DNA of 64,000 nucleotides, from assembly GCA_900771805.1 (NCBI GenBank), contig CAAGPL010000045.1:90-64089 (forward strand). The letters run 5' to 3'. Source of the stretch: Bacilli bacterium. Lineage in GTDB: Bacteria; Bacillota_I; Bacilli_A; RF39; UBA660. The notes under the pieces are model-generated. The model had not been told where the DNA came from, searched no databases, and was given only the letters and a program-made list of their open reading frames with translations. The position numbers and the translations under genes are program-made. Below, one piece after another: positions 44,020-53,891 of this stretch (position 1 is its first letter; each line of letters starts with the position of its first letter).

Positions 44020-44739
44020 TTATTCCCCCAATCGTTGTCTTACTACCTCATATATCATTATTCCTGCTGCAACAGATGCATTTAAACTATTTATTTTTCC
44101 ATACATAGGAATTGATGCTATAAAATCACAATTTTTACTAACTAAATTACTTATTCCAAAACCTTCACTTCCAATTATTAAAGCTACCGGAACAGTATAA
44201 TCTATTTTATTATACGAAATACTATTTTCCATATCTGTTCCAACTATCCATATTCCAAGTTTTTTTAATGTTTTTATAGTAGCATTTATATTAGTTACTT
44301 CAACAATTTTAACATTATCAAGTGCACCAACACTTGTTTTCATAACAGTTGAATTTACTCTTACACTTCTATTTTTAGGAATTAGTATATAATCAACACC
44401 AGATGCTTCACAAGTTCTTATAATTGCCCCAAAATTATGAGGATCTTCTAAATGATCCAAAATAACAATAAACGGATTTTCCGGCATATTATTAATCATA
44501 TCATTTATATTTAAATATTTAAAATCCGGAATTTGTAATATAACTCCTTGATGATTACCACTTTCCATTTTGTCCATTTCATATTTGTCCAAATAAGTTA
44601 TTTTAGTATTAATATTTTTTAAATCTTTTTCAATTTCACTGCCCATCATATTTTTAGATAAGTAAGCACTAATTATATTTCTTTTATTATTTATAAGTTC
44701 TTTAGCAACATTCTTTCCATATACATACATATTAATCAC
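44020..44739 (-). CDS. rlmB: TrmH/SpoU-family 23S rRNA 2'-O-methyltransferase (RlmB/YacO-like)
   Basis: 239 aa. HQGVIL, DPHNFGAIIRT, GSEGFGIS and LNASVAAGI motifs. Confidence 0.85.
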   Translation of the reverse strand: MINMYVYGKNVAKELINNKRNIISAYLSKNMMGSEIEKDLKNINTKITYLDKYEMDKMESGNHQGVILQIPDFKYLNINDMINNMPENPFIVILDHLEDPHNFGAIIRTCEASGVDYILIPKNRSVRVNSTVMKTSVGALDNVKIVEVTNINATIKTLKKLGIWIVGTDMENSISYNKIDYTVPVALIIGSEGFGISNLVSKNCDFIASIPMYGKINSLNASVAAGIMIYEVVRQRLGE

Positions 44740-45106
44740 CTAAAATTTCTTTCATTATTTCATTTATTCTTTTATAATCATTTTTTAAATATAACATCCC
44801 AAACAAAGCTTCTAATGCAGTTGCCTTTTTATAATCTACAATATTAGAATTTTTTGGTTTAGAGTGTGTTTTATAATTTCTTGCTCTATTTATTGTGTAC
44901 AATTCATTTTCATTAAAAATATTTTTTTCTAACAAAGTATCTAATATTTTAGATTGACTATTTGCACTAACATATTTATTAGCTTCTTTATTTAATATAT
45001 TTGATTTTCCCATTTTCTTTTTTAACAAATATTCTCTTATTAAAACTTCATATACAGAATCTCCTAAATATGCTAAAACACCAGCATTTATTTCATTTAC
45101 ATTCAT
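44732..45106 (-). CDS. mrnC: Mini-ribonuclease III
   Basis: 124 aa. LAYLGDSVYEVLIREYL and EALFGMLYL motifs. Confidence 0.85.
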   Translation of the reverse strand: MNVNEINAGVLAYLGDSVYEVLIREYLLKKKMGKSNILNKEANKYVSANSQSKILDTLLEKNIFNENELYTINRARNYKTHSKPKNSNIVDYKKATALEALFGMLYLKNDYKRINEIMKEILGD

Positions 45107-45143
45107 TATTTTTCACATCCATAAGTATTAAAGCACATAAAAA

Positions 45144-45168
45144 GCAAAAAAACAAGGTATACCTTGTT
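45144..45168 (-). terminator. Rho-independent terminator after divIC
   Basis: aacaaggt-at-accttgtt followed by a T run on the minus strand. Overlaps the stop codon. Confidence 0.6.
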
Positions 45169-45457
45169 AATCTATTTTTAATATTTTTTCACCCGTTTTA
45201 GAATATAAATATTTTTCTCTTGCATATCTTGCAGCATATTCTGGATTTTTAAGTTTTTCAACATCATCAGAAAGTATTTTTTCTTCTTCTTTTAATTTTT
45301 CTACTTGAGCTTTTAACTTAACTTTTTCATTTGTTTTTTGTTTAATTTTAAAAAGATTACTAACAGATGAAATAATAGACAAGCATATTATAAAGAAACA
45401 CACTATAGAAGTTAAAACCATTCTACGTCTTTCTTTTGCAGTTAATTTGTTAGCCAT
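45167..45457 (-). CDS. divIC: Septum formation initiator (FtsB/DivIC family)
   Basis: 96 aa. N-terminal TM helix, coiled coil, and C-terminal ARYAREKYLY-like motif. Follows yabP-yabQ as in B. subtilis. Confidence 0.8.
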   Translation of the reverse strand: MANKLTAKERRRMVLTSIVCFFIICLSIISSVSNLFKIKQKTNEKVKLKAQVEKLKEEEKILSDDVEKLKNPEYAARYAREKYLYSKTGEKILKID

Positions 45458-45505
45458 TATACCACCTCGTTATAATTTTATTATATAACTTTTTCATAGT
45501 ATTTT

Positions 45506-45781
45506 CTAGATATTATTGTCTTTAAAGTAAAGTAAATGACAAAAAAGCATTCCTAATATTAAAAATATTATAATATAATAACTTAACATACCATAATTGA
45601 TTCTATATAATAAGAAATAAAAAAATAAAACATTTATAATGCAAAATAAAAAAAATGATAAAATTTTAATTATATTTCTTTTGAAAATTACATTCATTAA
45701 TACCTTGTATACCATAAAAAAAAGCATACCATAAATAAAAGAAAAAAAAATAACTTTAAACTGATTTTCTAAATTCATCAT
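45506..45781 (-). CDS. yabQ: Spore cortex biosynthesis protein YabQ
   Basis: 91 aa, polytopic membrane protein, 4-nt overlap with yabP. Confidence 0.7.
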   Translation of the reverse strand: MMNLENQFKVIFFSFIYGMLFFMVYKVLMNVIFKRNIIKILSFFLFCIINVLFFYFLLYRINYGMLSYYIIIFLILGMLFCHLLYFKDNNI

Positions 45782-46068
45782 TTAAATAATTTATTTAACA
45801 TGGAATTTTCTTTTTTTGATTTTATATCATCTAAATATGAAAAACCATCTATTATTCCTTTTATTGTAATAGTACCTTCATAAGTATCTAACTTTATTAT
45901 TTCTAATTTTCTACCCTTTATTCCAAGAGGTCCTGCAACTGTTTGTAAAATAAATTCCTCACTATCAAAACTATCTATCTTAGTTATACCACTAATTATT
46001 ATATTTTGCCTTTCACTAACAGTAATACTATGATTCATTAATTCCATTTTTTCTTCATTAATCTCCAT
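45778..46068 (-). CDS. yabP: Sporulation protein YabP
   Basis: 96 aa. ITVSERQNIIISGITKIDSFDSEEFILQT..G.L.IKG..L.I matches the YabP/YqfC fold family. Confidence 0.85.
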   Translation of the reverse strand: MEINEEKMELMNHSITVSERQNIIISGITKIDSFDSEEFILQTVAGPLGIKGRKLEIIKLDTYEGTITIKGIIDGFSYLDDIKSKKENSMLNKLFK

Positions 46069-46119
46069 GTTTTCCTCCTAGTTAATTATATAAAAAAGAA
46101 AGATAAATATGACAGTAAT

Positions 46120-46377
46120 TTACCTTTCTTCATTATAAGCTTTTTCTATTGCATCATCAATTTGTTTTCTTAATTCTGCATTTATAGGATGAACATAATC
46201 TTTATATTTTCCATCAGATAATTTTTTATTTGGCATTGCTGCAAAAATTTTAGTATTTCCTTTTATAATTCTTATTCCATTTACCTTTAAACAATTATCA
46301 AAAACAATTTCAGCATAACCAATCATTCTTGAATTTTCTTTTGTTTCCTTTTGAATAGAAACACTTGTTATTTCCAT
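46120..46377 (-). CDS. spoVG: Septation/regulatory protein SpoVG
   Basis: 85 aa. MEITSVSI...GYAEIVFDNCLKVNGIRIIKG...FAAMPNKK...D..HPIN. Confidence 0.95.
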   Translation of the reverse strand: MEITSVSIQKETKENSRMIGYAEIVFDNCLKVNGIRIIKGNTKIFAAMPNKKLSDGKYKDYVHPINAELRKQIDDAIEKAYNEER

Positions 46378-46426
46378 ATGATCACTCCTTTAATTGATAT
46401 TACTAAATATAGTTTAACATAATAAT

Positions 46427-46456
46427 TAAAAAAATAGCAAAAAAATTCTGCTATTT
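46427..46456 (-). terminator. Hairpin terminator after the 711-aa surface-protein gene
   Basis: aatagca-aaaaaattc-tgctatt flanked by A/T runs. Overlaps the stop codon. Confidence 0.5.
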
Positions 46457-48586
46457 TTTTATTTTTTTTCTAATTATTATAGCTATGACTAATAAAGCTA
46501 CTAAAGAAGATATAATAAAAGCATAATTAAGTATTTTTCTACCAGTAATTATAGTTACAACTAATTCTGCTGAAGCAGAGCTTCCATATTTATTTGACTT
46601 TTGATCTATCATTTCGACTAAATAATATCCATCTTTATCACTATCTTTAATTGTTACTAATGCCTTTGAATTTTTATCTTCTATAAGTTCATATCCCTTT
46701 GGTGCTTCTTTTTCTGCCACTCTATATTCACCAGGTGGCAATTTTGAAATACGAGCAATTCCATCTTTTGTAAGAATTATATATGTTGCATCACTATTAT
46801 TTTCTGTTATTTTTGAATCATACTCATATGAACCTTCTTCAATTTGTTTTAACAACATATCTTTATAGACATTATTTATTTTCATTTGAAGTGAGAATTT
46901 TCCGCCAGAGACAAATTCACCATCTTCATTTTTCTTTTGAAACTCTAATCCAGTAAAACCGTTTGTAAATGATACATTTTTATCAGAACCACATACATCT
47001 ATATTTTTAACTGGAGATGATGGTAATGTAAGTCCCTCTGGTGGTTTTGTTTCTGATATAGTATATTTACAGCTCTTTAAAGTATATACTTTAAACTTTC
47101 CCTTACAAGTACGTAACTTTGTTGTTGCGCCTTCTATATCTTTCGTTACTGTTTGATATTCTCCATCTTTAATTTTCTTAAAATATAAACTATTTCCGTT
47201 TTCTTTTATCTCAAATTCAGGACCAGTATAAGTATCAGTTCCACATCCATCATCTAATTCAACTTCTTGGTTATTTTCATCTACAGTTTTTTTAGTTAAA
47301 TTAAACTCTTTATTCTTATTTGATAATGATATTGTTCCATAACTTGCTGTTCCAGAAATATTTGAATGAGTAATAGAAACTGCTTTTGGAGTCGAATCAA
47401 GCTCATATCCGGCTGGTGCTGTAATTTCTTTTACATAATATGTTCCAGGATAAGGAATCTTAGCATATGTTGCAACACCATTTTTATCAGTTGTTATAGT
47501 TCCTAAAATTGTTGTACAAGAACTATTAGTACAAACATTAAATTTTGCACCACTTAAAACAGCGCCATCTAACTTTGCTTTTTTAATAACTTTTAATTGA
47601 TAACTTGGTGTATATACTTTTATATGACTAAAATCAGTAATTCCACCACCAACTAATAAATCTTGGTATGTACCATCATAATATGCTGTTGCTTCATTTG
47701 GATTTCTTCCTGGATCATCTTTATTATATATTTTTATAGATACTTTCTTTGCATTATCAATACTTATTGGTTTATCAGATGATATAGTAATTGAATCATC
47801 TGTTTTACTTACTTTCAAGCCAGATGTTTCATATATTGTCCAATATTTAAAATTTGTATCATTTATTGTTAAACTATAATTACTACCATTCCAGGAAAGA
47901 GAAACAACATTAGCATTAGAATCTGATGGACTAAACTTATTATTCCCATCACCTGGATTTAAACGATTAAACGATCCTCTTATAGCATTTAATATTCTGA
48001 AATATTCTGTCGGAATAACAGAGTCACTTAAACTACCTTTACACCCCCTTACATTTTGAGTTATATCATAAAATGAGCAATTCGGACCATAATGATTATC
48101 AGGTGGATATTGTTCAAATGTTGTTCTTTCGCCTTTTACAACTTCCCAAATTAATCCTTGTGCTGCAAATATTTTTTTTGCTGTATCAGATCCAACACCC
48201 TCATAGTATGATTTACTTTGAACTTTACCAACATTAATTGCAAATGTTAAAATTTGTTTTAACATTTTTCTTTTTTGAACTGAATCTATTGTCCCTGCTA
48301 TATCAAAATTGTCAATTGGCAGGCTTAAATTTCCTGAGAAACCTGCAGAAGGAAGCGGTACCCCTGGCTCTATACAATATGCGTGCATTCCATCTACCAT
48401 ATAAATTCCTGTTGCATAATTTAGTTTTTTATTTACTCCATTTAATGTAAATTGAACATTCTTAAATCCTGCTGGATATGCATAAACTGCACCTGTTTGG
48501 TATGCTTTTAATGAACTACTAAATCCGAAGAAGGAGAATATAACAAATAGAAATATAGTTAGTTTTTTAAATGTTTTACTATTCAT
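46451..48586 (-). CDS. Secreted surface adhesin with Cna-B/SpaA-type stalk domains and a C-terminal TM anchor; possible N-terminal thioester domain
   Basis: Start set at ATG 48586 (MNSKTFKKL..., signal peptide), behind aggaaggtga. Repeated G.Y.V.E..AP.GYEL modules (GTYYVKEITAPAGYELD, GEYRVAEKEAPKGYELI). C-terminal hydrophobic helix plus RKKIKK, with no LPXTG. AYCIEPG and AAQGLIWE resemble thioester Cys/Gln motifs. Confidence 0.75.
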   Translation of the reverse strand: MNSKTFKKLTIFLFVIFSFFGFSSSLKAYQTGAVYAYPAGFKNVQFTLNGVNKKLNYATGIYMVDGMHAYCIEPGVPLPSAGFSGNLSLPIDNFDIAGTIDSVQKRKMLKQILTFAINVGKVQSKSYYEGVGSDTAKKIFAAQGLIWEVVKGERTTFEQYPPDNHYGPNCSFYDITQNVRGCKGSLSDSVIPTEYFRILNAIRGSFNRLNPGDGNNKFSPSDSNANVVSLSWNGSNYSLTINDTNFKYWTIYETSGLKVSKTDDSITISSDKPISIDNAKKVSIKIYNKDDPGRNPNEATAYYDGTYQDLLVGGGITDFSHIKVYTPSYQLKVIKKAKLDGAVLSGAKFNVCTNSSCTTILGTITTDKNGVATYAKIPYPGTYYVKEITAPAGYELDSTPKAVSITHSNISGTASYGTISLSNKNKEFNLTKKTVDENNQEVELDDGCGTDTYTGPEFEIKENGNSLYFKKIKDGEYQTVTKDIEGATTKLRTCKGKFKVYTLKSCKYTISETKPPEGLTLPSSPVKNIDVCGSDKNVSFTNGFTGLEFQKKNEDGEFVSGGKFSLQMKINNVYKDMLLKQIEEGSYEYDSKITENNSDATYIILTKDGIARISKLPPGEYRVAEKEAPKGYELIEDKNSKALVTIKDSDKDGYYLVEMIDQKSNKYGSSASAELVVTIITGRKILNYAFIISSLVALLVIAIIIRKKIKK

Positions 48587-48587
48587 T

Positions 48588-51500
48588 TTAATCACCTTCC
48601 TCATTTTGTCCTGCAACTACTAGAATTTGTAAATCTTCATCATCTACTGATGCATAATTTATAAATGAACCAGCTTCTTTTCTTGAAATATCAAATGCAA
48701 TTGTTAAATATTTTTTCTCTCCACTATTAATTAATTGATCAAATAAAGTATTGTTTTCTAAGTAACCATTATCATTCATTACCCAACCTTTATTTTCTTC
48801 ATACTTGTCATTAAATGTCATTCCATCAGGAATATAATCTTTAACTTGATATATATATCCTGGATAGTATCCAGTATTTTCTAGTTCTAATGTATAAACA
48901 ACTTTTATACTTAAATTATTTATATCTTTTACATCTAGCTTAGCTAATGTTGCATTTCCATAATCTCTAGTTGTAGAAACACCTAAACGATTTGTTGTTA
49001 TAGCTTTTGTTATATATTTAGTAAGTTTAACAGAATATTCTTTTCTTAATGCAAGACCTAGATTTATATTACTTACTTGTCTTGTATTATCAGTTATTTC
49101 AATATCATCTGTTCTTACTATTACACTTTGATTGTTTACTTCATCTTCCTTTTTAGTCTCGTCATTATCAGATTTTTCAACATCTTCTTTTTCGTTTTCT
49201 TTTATATCTTCTTTTTCATTTGAAATTGTTACTGATTTAAACTGAGATGTAATAGATTTATCTAAATTTACTTGATATGGTGATATACCATATTTAGCAG
49301 TATTATATTCCGCTACAACATAATATGTTCCTGGCATTAAATCGGTTAAACTATAGTAGCCTTTTTCATCTGTTGTTACTGTTTTAATTAATTCATTATC
49401 AGAAGATGAATATAGTTTCAATGTTACTCCAGAAACTTTTTTCTCATCAAATTTCATAATACCATCTGAATCAAAATCTTCCCAAACAGTACCTGTTATT
49501 TTTTTACTAATTACAGACACAGTAAGTTCATGTAATGTTTTAACATCTGAATCATATACTAAATAAGAATTTATTTTATACATATCATCAGTTTTATTAC
49601 CCTTTGGATTTATTGTTATTCTTTGATCATATAATTTATTTACATCTAAATTTATATTATTAACCTTTATTGCTGTAACTCTAGAATAATTATTTTTCTT
49701 ATATTCATCACAATTTTTCCAATCAATTTCTGTAGAATCTCTTAAATTTTCTTCTTTACTAACTAAAGCAGGTAAACTTACAGTACATAAAGCATTATCT
49801 GGCAAATCAGATATAGTATAAGTTCCTGTATAAGATACCTTTTCGTTACTAATATCATTGTAAGGTAATACAGTTACTAAAGAAATATTATTATGTGCCA
49901 TTTTATCATTATTATATAGTTTAGTTCCTACATAAAAACTTGTATCTTTTGATATAGCAACATTTGAAGCATATTGATTATAAGAAATTACTTCATTATT
50001 TTGATATATAATGCTTCTAATTGTTGTTCTTTCTGATATATCTGATGTATCACTAATATTATCTGGTGTTGTAGCCTGTATTTCAACCGATATATCTTTT
50101 TTTGTACCTGAATTAATATCTATGTCATAATTTATATCAAATTGTATTGGATCAATCCATTCATTTACTTTTTGCCCTTTAAGTTCATATGTTAAAGTTT
50201 TTCCATTATTACTTACATTTGGTAACATATAATTTTCATTATATATATAATTAATACCTGATGGAAGATTAACTTTTATTATAACTGATTTCAACTCATT
50301 TATACCTGCTAAATTAGTATTAACATTTTCACCTGGCAAACTAATTGTTGGATATATGCTTAGTGTTGAACTATTTTTTTCTGCACCATTTACAATAACA
50401 TCTTGTTCACTACTACCAACAAACACTTTAGTTCTTGCTTTAAATGCAGTTATATTTATTTTAGCAGAAGGGTCACTTTCTTTATTTACATCCTTTATTG
50501 TTTTATCTTCTAAAGTTTCTTTATAATATGCATTTGATGTTAAAGATATTGTTCCACCATGATTACCAACATTTGTCTTTAATCTTATCCTAAAGTTTAT
50601 ATTTTGACCTGGTTTTACTTCTTTTACAGTATAAGTCAAATATGCTAATGTTAAATTTTCTTTTTGTATATTTTCATCATCGTATGATTCAAATTCTTTT
50701 GCATCACCAACACATGTAGTGCCAGATTCTTCCATTTTACAAGCATAATACTTAACTATTACTTCTTGATTATCATTAATACCACTAATTTGATAAGCTT
50801 CTTTTAAATTACTTGAATATTCTATCATACTAAATAAAGCGGTTGGATTAGTAGATGTTGAAGTACCAATAGCTATTGGAACCTTAACTGTTACTTCATC
50901 TATATTGCTATCTCCATCAGCAGAATAAGAAAATAAAGATTTTAAAACAGTTTCTTCTCCATATGATAAAGTTTTTTCCTTTGTTTCGAATTCTAAACTA
51001 TTCGTCTTTGTTCCAACAGAATAATTTTTATTAACTGAGGTTCCTTTAGAAACTTCTTCATTATTATTTCCATAAGCTATTAAATCAACAGTTATGTTAT
51101 TGGTAACTGAACTATCACGAATAGATTTTGCATTAACAAAATAAGAGCCTAGTGCTATAAAATTATTATTATATAAATATAAATTACCATCAGATTTTAT
51201 ATTTTTAGCAGTAAACATATATTTAGTTATAAAATTAATTTTATTTGTAACTTCAAGAACAAATCCATTTTTATCAGTTACTTTATAAACAGCATTATAT
51301 GTACCTGCTTTGTTAGTATTTAATTTACTTATTTCTTCATTTGTTAATACATCATAATATTTAACAGAACAATTTGAAGTAGAATTACAAGTGAAATCTT
51401 TTGAATCTATAGATAGTAATGGATCACCATATTTACCATTTGACGATGTATAAATTGCATTAGCTGTTAAAACTTGTGCTTTAACAAAAGGCATTTTATC

Positions 51501-53033
51501 GACAATTTTAACAGTTCTTTCAAAAGTTATTGTATTGTAATTTTCTTCATTATCTTTTGTAGTTCCTGTTACTATATAAGTGATTTTATATTCTCCTATT
51601 TCTTTAGTATTAATAGAACTTTTTATTTCATCATCTTTTGTTATTGAACTTTCATAATTAGTTAATATTTGACCATCTTTTATTAATCCTGGTTCTTTAT
51701 ATAAATCTCCTTTAAGCAAAGTTATTGTTTTACTATCATTTAAAGAATAAGTGCTTTCTTCCATTTGCTTTGTTTCTTTTTTTGTTACTTTTATAGTTCT
51801 ATAAAGCGTTATTTTTCCTGAAGCAGAACTATATTCATAACTTACCTTATATGTTCCTTCTTTTTCAGTTAATTCATCTATTTTTATTTCCTGACCTGAC
51901 TTATCAGTTATAGTTCTCTTACAATTTTTAAAATCCGTTTTACATAGTGCACTTGCACTTTCATTTGTTGAAATACCATATTCTCTATATGTATCATCTA
52001 CTTCTAAATTTATTTCTTTATCCCCTATTAAATAAGCAGCTGGGCTTGTGTTTGTAACTAAGTTACCACTTACTCCTTTATCTGTTTTTTCTAGATTTGT
52101 ACTATCCCCTGAATTATAAACTGAAAAATTAAAATAATCTAATTTATGATTTGGCATACCTGATAATAATTTAGTTGATGAATCATATACTCCATAAAAA
52201 TTTTTATCTTCTTCTAATTCTATTTGAGAGGTTACTTGATTAGCAGTTTGAGTTGCTTCTAAAACTACTTGAAAATTAGGTTTAAAATAAAGCCCTGATA
52301 ATCCATTTGGATATTGTTCCTTATACAAACCAACTAATATTCCAAATGGTGCTAATCTTCCATTTTCTATTTTTTCTGATTTATATGCTGTTCCAGGAAC
52401 AATTTTAGTAGTTAATGTTGCTTCTTTACTAATTACTTTAACTGGTTTTAAATTATCTATACTATATTTTAATGAGTCTGACGTTTCTTCATATATATCA
52501 AAAGTAACATTTATATCACTATTATTTTCAACATTTCCAACTCTTAAATATAATTGTTTTGATAATTTTTCTCCTACTTTAGAACCATATATAGTAACTG
52601 TAAGTTCCTTTTTGTTTTCGGATGGTTTATAATTATCTTCTTCATCATTTATAATCCATTCTGCATCAATATCATTTGTTAATGTAGCTTTTATTACAAC
52701 GCTTCTAACAACTGTGGCATCATCTTTTAGATTATCAATTGATAGTTTATAAGAAACATCGTATACTAATGTATTAAAACTTGGTATGGATTCTATTTTA
52801 TCAGTTGATATCGTGCTTTTTGGTGTAACACTTGCTGATGATATTTTTACTTTTCCTTTATATTCATCATTATCAGATGCATAAACAATAAGAGCAACTA
52901 TGCATGAAAATAAAAATACACCTATAAATGCAGATATGTATTTATGTTCCTTTATAAAATTTTCTATTCTTATTTTTTGAATAAGAAAAAAGTCTTTAAT
53001 TTTTTGTGCTTTATTATTTTTTATATCACTCAT
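48588..53033 (-). CDS. Giant N-terminally anchored surface protein (Ig-like/SdrD-B-like and DUF11-like repeats)
   Basis: 1481 aa with an N-terminal TM helix (FIGVFLFSCIVALIVYA). Long beta-rich region. An SdrD-B/Cna-B-like module (GVTLKLYSS...TDEKGYYSLTDLMPGTYYVVAEY) is followed by a DUF11-like C-terminal domain. The stop is 1 nt before the next gene's ATG. Confidence 0.75.
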   Translation of the reverse strand: MSDIKNNKAQKIKDFFLIQKIRIENFIKEHKYISAFIGVFLFSCIVALIVYASDNDEYKGKVKISSASVTPKSTISTDKIESIPSFNTLVYDVSYKLSIDNLKDDATVVRSVVIKATLTNDIDAEWIINDEEDNYKPSENKKELTVTIYGSKVGEKLSKQLYLRVGNVENNSDINVTFDIYEETSDSLKYSIDNLKPVKVISKEATLTTKIVPGTAYKSEKIENGRLAPFGILVGLYKEQYPNGLSGLYFKPNFQVVLEATQTANQVTSQIELEEDKNFYGVYDSSTKLLSGMPNHKLDYFNFSVYNSGDSTNLEKTDKGVSGNLVTNTSPAAYLIGDKEINLEVDDTYREYGISTNESASALCKTDFKNCKRTITDKSGQEIKIDELTEKEGTYKVSYEYSSASGKITLYRTIKVTKKETKQMEESTYSLNDSKTITLLKGDLYKEPGLIKDGQILTNYESSITKDDEIKSSINTKEIGEYKITYIVTGTTKDNEENYNTITFERTVKIVDKMPFVKAQVLTANAIYTSSNGKYGDPLLSIDSKDFTCNSTSNCSVKYYDVLTNEEISKLNTNKAGTYNAVYKVTDKNGFVLEVTNKINFITKYMFTAKNIKSDGNLYLYNNNFIALGSYFVNAKSIRDSSVTNNITVDLIAYGNNNEEVSKGTSVNKNYSVGTKTNSLEFETKEKTLSYGEETVLKSLFSYSADGDSNIDEVTVKVPIAIGTSTSTNPTALFSMIEYSSNLKEAYQISGINDNQEVIVKYYACKMEESGTTCVGDAKEFESYDDENIQKENLTLAYLTYTVKEVKPGQNINFRIRLKTNVGNHGGTISLTSNAYYKETLEDKTIKDVNKESDPSAKINITAFKARTKVFVGSSEQDVIVNGAEKNSSTLSIYPTISLPGENVNTNLAGINELKSVIIKVNLPSGINYIYNENYMLPNVSNNGKTLTYELKGQKVNEWIDPIQFDINYDIDINSGTKKDISVEIQATTPDNISDTSDISERTTIRSIIYQNNEVISYNQYASNVAISKDTSFYVGTKLYNNDKMAHNNISLVTVLPYNDISNEKVSYTGTYTISDLPDNALCTVSLPALVSKEENLRDSTEIDWKNCDEYKKNNYSRVTAIKVNNINLDVNKLYDQRITINPKGNKTDDMYKINSYLVYDSDVKTLHELTVSVISKKITGTVWEDFDSDGIMKFDEKKVSGVTLKLYSSSDNELIKTVTTDEKGYYSLTDLMPGTYYVVAEYNTAKYGISPYQVNLDKSITSQFKSVTISNEKEDIKENEKEDVEKSDNDETKKEDEVNNQSVIVRTDDIEITDNTRQVSNINLGLALRKEYSVKLTKYITKAITTNRLGVSTTRDYGNATLAKLDVKDINNLSIKVVYTLELENTGYYPGYIYQVKDYIPDGMTFNDKYEENKGWVMNDNGYLENNTLFDQLINSGEKKYLTIAFDISRKEAGSFINYASVDDEDLQILVVAGQNEEGD

Positions 53034-53124
53034 TATATAGACCTCCCATTTTAGTTTTATACATTATAATTTAATCATAAATCAGTAGAAAATGCAATAA
53101 ACATAATAAAAAAAAGTCCATATA

Positions 53125-53331
53125 TTATGAACTTATTACAACATTATTAATTAAAACATCTTTATAACCAAAACTTTTAATATCAGTCTTTGTTTTTAAT
53201 GTCCATATGTTTTGATATGTATTTAAAATTACCCCCTCATACATTTCGTTTTTGTTTCTGCCTATATCAACATAAACCTTTATTTTTTTTCCTTTTAGCA
53301 ATGTTATATTTTTTTTGATTTCATCAAGCAT
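53125..53331 (-). CDS. veg: Veg protein
   Basis: 68 aa. LDEIKKNI...GKKIKVYVDIGRNKNEMYEGVILNTYQNIW...FGYKDVL parallels B. subtilis Veg. Lies directly downstream of yabG as in B. subtilis. Confidence 0.8.
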   Translation of the reverse strand: MLDEIKKNITLLKGKKIKVYVDIGRNKNEMYEGVILNTYQNIWTLKTKTDIKSFGYKDVLINNVVISS

Positions 53332-53342
53332 TTGTATCTCCT

Positions 53343-53840
53343 TTATCTTGGGTATCCCGTCGTCATAACCCCTCTTGTATTTACTCCTCCTATACCATCT
53401 TTACCATTACTTGTTTTTTCAAGTAACTCTAGCAAATCAACATTTTTATTTTTATCCGACAAACTAAGAGACAATGCAATTATTGCCGGGTCTAAGGCAT
53501 GTATATTTATTCTCTTTGGACTTGATGCAAAATTAGCACCCGCTTTTATTAATTTTTCATAATCTGATTGACACGCACCTGCAATAATTATTAATTTATC
53601 ATAATCACGTTGATATTTCCTGCAAACTTTAACCGCACCACAAAAATATTTTGAATTTTCTTTAGTTTTTGAATCATGGCCAGTTATAACAACTATATCA
53701 GGGTTTATATCTTTTAGATACTTTTCGATATTTTTTTCCATATCACTTTCTTCAGAATAAACTCCATAAGCCAAAACATTAGCATCCTTATAAAAAGATA
53801 AACATCTATTTAAATATTCCTTGTCACCATCTGCTGACAT
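53343..53840 (-). CDS. yabG: 3' segment of the sporulation-specific protease gene yabG (peptidase U57); 5' portion missing from this locus
   Basis: 165 aa. DGDKEYLNRCL, VVITGHD, IIAGACQS, GANFASSPKRINIHALDP and GGVNTRGV match the C-terminal ~165 residues of the ~290-aa B. subtilis YabG (from memory). In-frame TAA and TAG lie immediately 5' of the ATG, and a recombinase gene ends 51 nt away. Confidence 0.8.
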   Translation of the reverse strand: MSADGDKEYLNRCLSFYKDANVLAYGVYSEESDMEKNIEKYLKDINPDIVVITGHDSKTKENSKYFCGAVKVCRKYQRDYDKLIIIAGACQSDYEKLIKAGANFASSPKRINIHALDPAIIALSLSLSDKNKNVDLLELLEKTSNGKDGIGGVNTRGVMTTGYPR

Positions 53841-53891
53841 TTACTAAGTAAGTCGAAAGCCTTTTTTATAAGCAAGACCCAATGTCTTACC

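Noticed and set aside
53841-53891. Tried to define the att core in the 51 nt between the yabG fragment and the recombinase stop. An imperfect palindrome gcaagac-ccaat-gtcttac is present at 53870-53888.
   Set aside because: Without the partner junction or an empty site, the crossover dinucleotide and half-sites cannot be identified. The palindrome could equally be a weak transcription terminator.
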